From positions 25,721-89,720 of IMG/VR virus record IMGVR_UViG_3300037400_005125: 64,000 nt of DNA, one strand, 5' to 3'. Below are positions 59,366-64,000 of this stretch, in pieces. The position numbers and the translations under genes are program-made. Under the pieces are notes generated by a model, which was not told the origin of the DNA, did not search any database, and saw only the letters and a list, made by a program, of their open reading frames with translations. The stretch comes from a virus. Lineage: Duplodnaviria; Caudoviricetes. Each line of letters starts with the position of its first letter. Positions within the stretch are counted from its first letter, which is position 1.

Positions 59366-59441
59366 ATTTTTTAACTATAAATATAATTTATAAGATAAAA
59401 AGAGCAACCGTTGCTGATTGCTCTTTTATATATTTACTTGT

Positions 59442-61175
59442 TTAAGGTATTGCTTGTATTCTACTTTCATAATCACTCCAAACACTTGCTGCCTTATATG
59501 CATCTACGCTACCACTTGGAACATAGATTGGACAGTCATTAGAGGTAGCAAATACGCCATCTCCTAATGTTGGTGGTGTTGTTGCGTTAACAGTTACACT
59601 TGTAAGACTAGTACAATCATAGAAAGCATAAGTACCAATACTTGTAACGCCACTACCTATAGTTATACTTGTAAGACCACTACAATTTTGGAAAGCACTC
59701 TGACCAATACTCGTAACACTATCAGGGATGGTTACACTTGTAAGACCACTACAATATTGGAAAGCATTATAACCAATACTTGTAACACTATCAGGTATGG
59801 TTATGCTTGTAAGACCACTACATCCATAGAAAGCACTCTCACCAATCCATTTCGTGTTACTCTTTAATGAATATGTAGTTAAATTTTTGTCAACTGCTTT
59901 AACAGCATAAATATCAGCATATCTTATATTATTTTCAATTGGTAAACTTTCACAACCACTGAAAGCAAAATCACCAATAGTTGTTACACTATTTGGAATA
60001 ACTATACTTGTAAGACCAGTACAATTATAGAAAGCCTCACCACCAATACTTGTAACACTATCAGGTATGGTTACACTTGTAAGACTAGTACAAAACATGA
60101 AAGCACTTCTACCAATACTTGTAACACTATCAGGTATGGTTACACTTGTAAGACTACTACAATCCATGAAAGCACTACCACCGATGCTTACGGTTCCTTC
60201 TCTGAATGTGCAAGATGTAATGCCACTTGATGTTGTTTTATATGCAATATCATTTATATATATGATATTGCCATAACGATGAGAAGTGTCTGCTGAATAA
60301 GTGTTCCACCAAGGTGTTTCATCGAAAGCCCAACCGCCAATACTTGTAACACCACTTGGTATATCTATACTTGTAAGACAACTACAATTTCTGAAAGCCT
60401 CACCACCAATACTTGTAACGCCACTTGGAATATTGAACACTCCATCGGTATCACTATTCAACCTTGTAAGACCACTACAACTACCGAAGGCACTATTACC
60501 AATACTTGTAACACTATCAAGGATGGTTACACTTGTAAGACTAGTACAATAATAGAAAGCATTAGTACCAATACTTGTAATACCATTACCTATGGTAGCA
60601 TTTATGAGGGTACTACAAGTATCGAAAGCTCTATAAGGTATTTCTGATGTGCTTTCTAAAGTGTATTCAACCTCATGTTCGTTCTCATCAGCAAAAGTAT
60701 ACCAACTAGTTACAGTTTCTTTCTCAACTTCAACTCCATCAATTTTTACTGATGTAACAAAATCTATGAAATATGAAGCTTTCTCATATAATTTTGTGTC
60801 TCCACCTCCTGAGCCACTACCAGAGCCACTTCCACCTCCTTGACCAGGAATATAATTACAAGTTAATTTTATCTGTCCAATATATCCACAATCCTCTGAA
60901 TTTGCTTCAACCAATGTTACAGCACTTACAACACCTGTGTCAGTCCATGTTTCTCCGCTATCATTTGACACCTGCTGCTTTTGCTGTGTATACTTATCAT
61001 ATCCAACACAAGTATAACCGTCATCAACCCATCTGTACTGTGATTCTATTTTCTCAAAATAGTGAATCTCAGATGTGTCTTTTGTCATTGATACATGAGG
61101 AGTACTAAAACCAGTTGTTCCTGAAAAACTCAGCAATTCTGCTGTTGTTTGAAAATTACTTATGAATCTTCCCAT
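59442..61175 (-). CDS. BspA/LRR_5 adhesin paralog B (about 13 LRRs, C-cap type CPIYVP..SRIQAIP)
   Basis: Start moved to ATG 61175 (MGRFISNF) behind TATTTATA; GS linker; LRRs with two non-repeat inserts. Confidence 0.85.
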   Translation of the reverse strand: MGRFISNFQTTAELLSFSGTTGFSTPHVSMTKDTSEIHYFEKIESQYRWVDDGYTCVGYDKYTQQKQQVSNDSGETWTDTGVVSAVTLVEANSEDCGYIGQIKLTCNYIPGQGGGSGSGSGSGGGDTKLYEKASYFIDFVTSVKIDGVEVEKETVTSWYTFADENEHEVEYTLESTSEIPYRAFDTCSTLINATIGNGITSIGTNAFYYCTSLTSVTILDSVTSIGNSAFGSCSGLTRLNSDTDGVFNIPSGVTSIGGEAFRNCSCLTSIDIPSGVTSIGGWAFDETPWWNTYSADTSHRYGNIIYINDIAYKTTSSGITSCTFREGTVSIGGSAFMDCSSLTSVTIPDSVTSIGRSAFMFCTSLTSVTIPDSVTSIGGEAFYNCTGLTSIVIPNSVTTIGDFAFSGCESLPIENNIRYADIYAVKAVDKNLTTYSLKSNTKWIGESAFYGCSGLTSITIPDSVTSIGYNAFQYCSGLTSVTIPDSVTSIGQSAFQNCSGLTSITIGSGVTSIGTYAFYDCTSLTSVTVNATTPPTLGDGVFATSNDCPIYVPSGSVDAYKAASVWSDYESRIQAIP

Positions 61176-61270
61176 AATTTTTTTTATTAATTTATTTACA
61201 ATTATTTTTCTTTTTATTTTAATATAAATATTTGCCAAATAGAGTTTGTCATTATTTATTTTTTATTCTG

Positions 61271-62884
61271 TTATGAACAACTTCCTGGTATTGCTTGTAT
61301 TCTACTTGCATAAGTGCTCCAATAACTTGCCTCCTTATATGTATCTACACTGTTACATGGAACATAGATTGGACAATTATTGGTGTAGTCAAATACCCCT
61401 GAACCTAATGTTGGAGGCACTATTGCATTACATATTATGCTTGTAAGACCAGTACAATATTGGAAAACAGCAGTACCGATACTTGTAACACCACTACCTA
61501 TTGTAACACTTGTAAGACTAGTACATCTAATGAAAGCACCACTACCAATACTTGTAACACTATCTGGTATATCTATACTTGTAAGATTATAACAATTAGT
61601 GAAAGCACTAGCACCAATACTTGTTACACCACTACCTATAGTACAACTTGTAAGACCACTACATTGATAGAAAACATAATTACCAATGCTTGTAACACCA
61701 GTACCTATTGTAACGTTTGTAAGTCTAATACAATAAGCGAAAGCATGTTCACCAATACTTGTAACACTATCAGGTATTGTTACACTTGTAAGGCTACTAC
61801 AATAATAGAAAGCATATTCGCCAATACTTGTTACACTATCAGGTATATCTATACTTGTAAGGCCAGTACAACTTTGGAAAGCATAATTTCCGATACTCGT
61901 AACACTATCAGGGATGGTTACACTTGTAAGGCCACTACAACAATAGAAAGCACTACTGCCAATACTTGTAACGCCACTACCTATGGTACAACTTGTCATA
62001 CCACTACACAATTGGAAAGCACTACTACCAATACTTGTAACACTATCAGGTATATCTATACTTGTAAGGCTTCTACAACCACTGAAAGCAATATCACCAA
62101 TACTTGTAACACTATTAGGGATTGTTATACTTGTAAGACCACTACAATCTCTGAAAGCACCATTACCAATGCTTGTAACACTATCTGGGATTGTTATGCT
62201 TGTAAGTCCACTACAATTAGTGAAAGCACTATATCCAATAATTGTTACTCCATCAGGTATAATTACACTTGTAATACTGCTACAACTTTTGAAAGTGCTA
62301 GTATAAATACTTGTTGGGTCTTTTAATGTGTACTTAACTGTATGTTCGCCAGTTGTATTGAATCTATATGTTTTTGGTACACTTTGTTGTCTAACACCAT
62401 CTATCTCAATCTTACTGATATTAGTAGTTGCACTTAAAATTTTTGTTAATTTACTTGTATCCGTCACATTGAACTTAGCAATAAGTCTAGTGTCCTTTGG
62501 TTCTTGCGTCAATGAGTAGGTAATCTCAATGTCATGGTAATAAATGCTACCACTTATTGTTCTGCTATCAGCAGTACTTGGATTTGCACCACATTCAACA
62601 GTTACAGAATCTTCACCTTCTGTTACTGTCTCAGTGCAAGCTGTGTCCGTATCAATCTTTCTGTATCTTATTATAATATCAAATGAAGATGAAGCACCTT
62701 CAATTGTTGAAGGATAAGATGAATCAATAACCTCCCAATTAGTCATTTCCTCGCAGCCAAATGGGTTATAATGAACTTCATCTGGAGTGTCAATACAATA
62801 TGACACATTAGGAAGAATCAACCCACTTTCTACATAACTCTCATATTCAGAATGAGTGTTGAATAATTTAATGTATTTACTCAT
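61271..62884 (-). CDS. BspA/LRR_5 adhesin paralog C (13 LRRs, C-cap type CPIYVP..SRIQAIP)
   Basis: MSKYIKLFNTHSEYESY..LPNVS..VHYNP N-module; 23-aa repeats. Confidence 0.85.
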   Translation of the reverse strand: MSKYIKLFNTHSEYESYVESGLILPNVSYCIDTPDEVHYNPFGCEEMTNWEVIDSSYPSTIEGASSSFDIIIRYRKIDTDTACTETVTEGEDSVTVECGANPSTADSRTISGSIYYHDIEITYSLTQEPKDTRLIAKFNVTDTSKLTKILSATTNISKIEIDGVRQQSVPKTYRFNTTGEHTVKYTLKDPTSIYTSTFKSCSSITSVIIPDGVTIIGYSAFTNCSGLTSITIPDSVTSIGNGAFRDCSGLTSITIPNSVTSIGDIAFSGCRSLTSIDIPDSVTSIGSSAFQLCSGMTSCTIGSGVTSIGSSAFYCCSGLTSVTIPDSVTSIGNYAFQSCTGLTSIDIPDSVTSIGEYAFYYCSSLTSVTIPDSVTSIGEHAFAYCIRLTNVTIGTGVTSIGNYVFYQCSGLTSCTIGSGVTSIGASAFTNCYNLTSIDIPDSVTSIGSGAFIRCTSLTSVTIGSGVTSIGTAVFQYCTGLTSIICNAIVPPTLGSGVFDYTNNCPIYVPCNSVDTYKEASYWSTYASRIQAIPGSCS

Positions 62885-62983
62885 AATTTTCTATTGTTTA
62901 TTTTCTATATAAATATCAGCACAAACAACAAATTATAAAAACGAGCATCAACATAATTTGTCAATGCTCGTTAATATTATAAA

Positions 62984-64000
62984 TTATTGTTCTACCTTTG
63001 TCCAGTTATACAAGCCTAAGTAGTAATTACCCGTACCCATCCATACATCATAGCCACTACTACCACTAGGTACTGTTAATGTACCACCAGTCTTGATATC
63101 ACGGAATGTATTACTCTGTATTGTAGGAGCTGTCGTTGCATTGCATACTATACTTGTAAGACTACTACAATATCGGAAAACACTACCACCAATACTTGTA
63201 ACACTATTTGGTATATCTATACTTGTAAGACTATTACAATTATAGAAAACACTCCAACCAATACTTGTAACACCATCGGGTATTGTTATACTTGTAAGAC
63301 CACTACAATATTGGAAAGCACCACTACCGATACTTGTAACACCACTACCTATAGTACAAGTTGTAAGACCACTACAATTTTGGAAAGCATAATCACCGAT
63401 GCTTGTAACACCATTGCCTATAATAATATTTTGTATACTTGTTTCTCCTGAAAACAAGCCAACAGCAGCATTACTTCCAACAGTTAAATCTCTTATACTA
63501 TCACATCCATAGAAAGCACCAATACCAATACTTGTAACACCACTACCTATTGTACAACTTGTAAGACCTTTACAATTTTTGAAAGCACTCCAACCAATAC
63601 TTGTAACACCATCGGGTATTGTTATACTTGTAAGACCGCTACAGTTTTCGAAAGCACTATCAGCAATAGTTGTTATATTATCAGGTATATCTATACTTGT
63701 AAGACCTTTACAATAATAGAAAGCATAACTACTGATACTTGTAACGCCACTTGGTATAGTTATACTTGTTAAGCCACTACAACAATAGAAAGCATTATTA
63801 CCAATACTTGTTACACCACTACCTATTGTACAAGTTGTAAGACTTTTACAATTATAGAAAGCACTCTCACCAATACTTGTAACACCACTACCTATAGTTA
63901 TACTTGTAAGACCAGTACAATAATAGAAAGCATTACCAGCAATACTTGTAACACTATCAGGTATAGTTATACTTGTAAGACTACTACAGCTACCGAAAGC
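62984..64000 (-). CDS. BspA/LRR_5 adhesin paralog D, 5' part beyond the window
   Basis: I translated 64000 to 63457 and found it open and in frame with the tracked ORF (AFGSCSSLTSITIPDSVTSIAGNAFYYC...); C-cap type GNYYLG.YNWTKVEQ. Confidence 0.88.
   Translation of the reverse strand, partial: AFGSCSSLTSITIPDSVTSIAGNAFYYCTGLTSITIGSGVTSIGESAFYNCKSLTTCTIGSGVTSIGNNAFYCCSGLTSITIPSGVTSISSYAFYYCKGLTSIDIPDNITTIADSAFENCSGLTSITIPDGVTSIGWSAFKNCKGLTSCTIGSGVTSIGIGAFYGCDSIRDLTVGSNAAVGLFSGETSIQNIIIGNGVTSIGDYAFQNCSGLTTCTIGSGVTSIGSGAFQYCSGLTSITIPDGVTSIGWSVFYNCNSLTSIDIPNSVTSIGGSVFRYCSSLTSIVCNATTAPTIQSNTFRDIKTGGTLTVPSGSSGYDVWMGTGNYYLGLYNWTKVEQ

Larger units (their letters stand above)
56870..64000 (-). repeat. 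Dispersed 69-bp LRR-coding repeat family across four genes
   Basis: + strand core CCAATACTTGTAAC...ACTTGTAAG...GAAAGCA recurs dozens of times. Confidence 0.9.

Noticed and set aside
56824-62519. Antisense ORFs such as 56824-57417 and 61460-62326 with TNTCNTT repeats
   Set aside because: They are shadows of the LRR genes on the opposite strand.
62984-63457. 157-aa ORF as given in the track
   Set aside because: The frame stays open to position 64000; the gene is cut by the window edge.
1-64000. TAG-to-Gln recoding as in Lak megaphages
   Set aside because: Long genes are uninterrupted in the standard code, and TAG ends kptA (2259) and the cassette 1 cargo (7803) right before terminators.
56870-64000. 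CRISPR array or DGR template/variable repeat pair suggested by the regular repeats
   Set aside because: The repeats are in-frame LRR-coding units with no unique spacers. No reverse transcriptase or non-coding template is in the window, and the differences are not restricted to adenines. A DGR elsewhere in the genome is not excluded.
1-64000. tRNA, rRNA or other recognisable structured RNA genes
   Set aside because: I saw no cloverleaf or T-loop signatures, and no intergenic gap is much longer than 200 nt.

Overview
A 64-kb segment of a large (jumbo-type) myovirus genome in the standard genetic code. The host is very likely a Bacteroidota (Prevotella/Bacteroides-like): early genes are preceded by the Bacteroidota TAnnTTTG -7 promoter element. 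The window contains contractile-tail genes (tube, 1177-aa sheath, probable tail terminator, gp5-like spike) and two giant fibre-like proteins. It also encodes an intein-containing family B DNA polymerase, DnaB-like helicase, NrdD/NrdG, dUTPase, KptA/Tpt1, a gp55-like late sigma factor with a matching TATTTAT motif, two free-standing endonucleases, a glycosylation gene set and an array of BspA-type LRR adhesin paralogs that runs off the right edge. The most striking unexplained structure is a family of transposase-less cassettes (6283-8029 and 49015-49916, plus an orphan end at 27467-27492). Each complete cassette is bounded by 25-27-bp inverted repeats starting GGGAA and sits between duplicated 8-9-nt A/T tracts. 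Each is inserted exactly into the U-tract of an intrinsic terminator and carries a different complete phage late gene (promoter, ORF and terminator) with a virion-associated N-terminal module. A second notable pattern is a recurrent IRLTESDLHxIVKESVxxILxE leader on many unrelated proteins, including an ADP-ribosyltransferase, a P-loop kinase and a PRTase, suggesting a capsid-packaging tag for injected effectors. All functional calls come from motif recognition by eye; no database searches were run.
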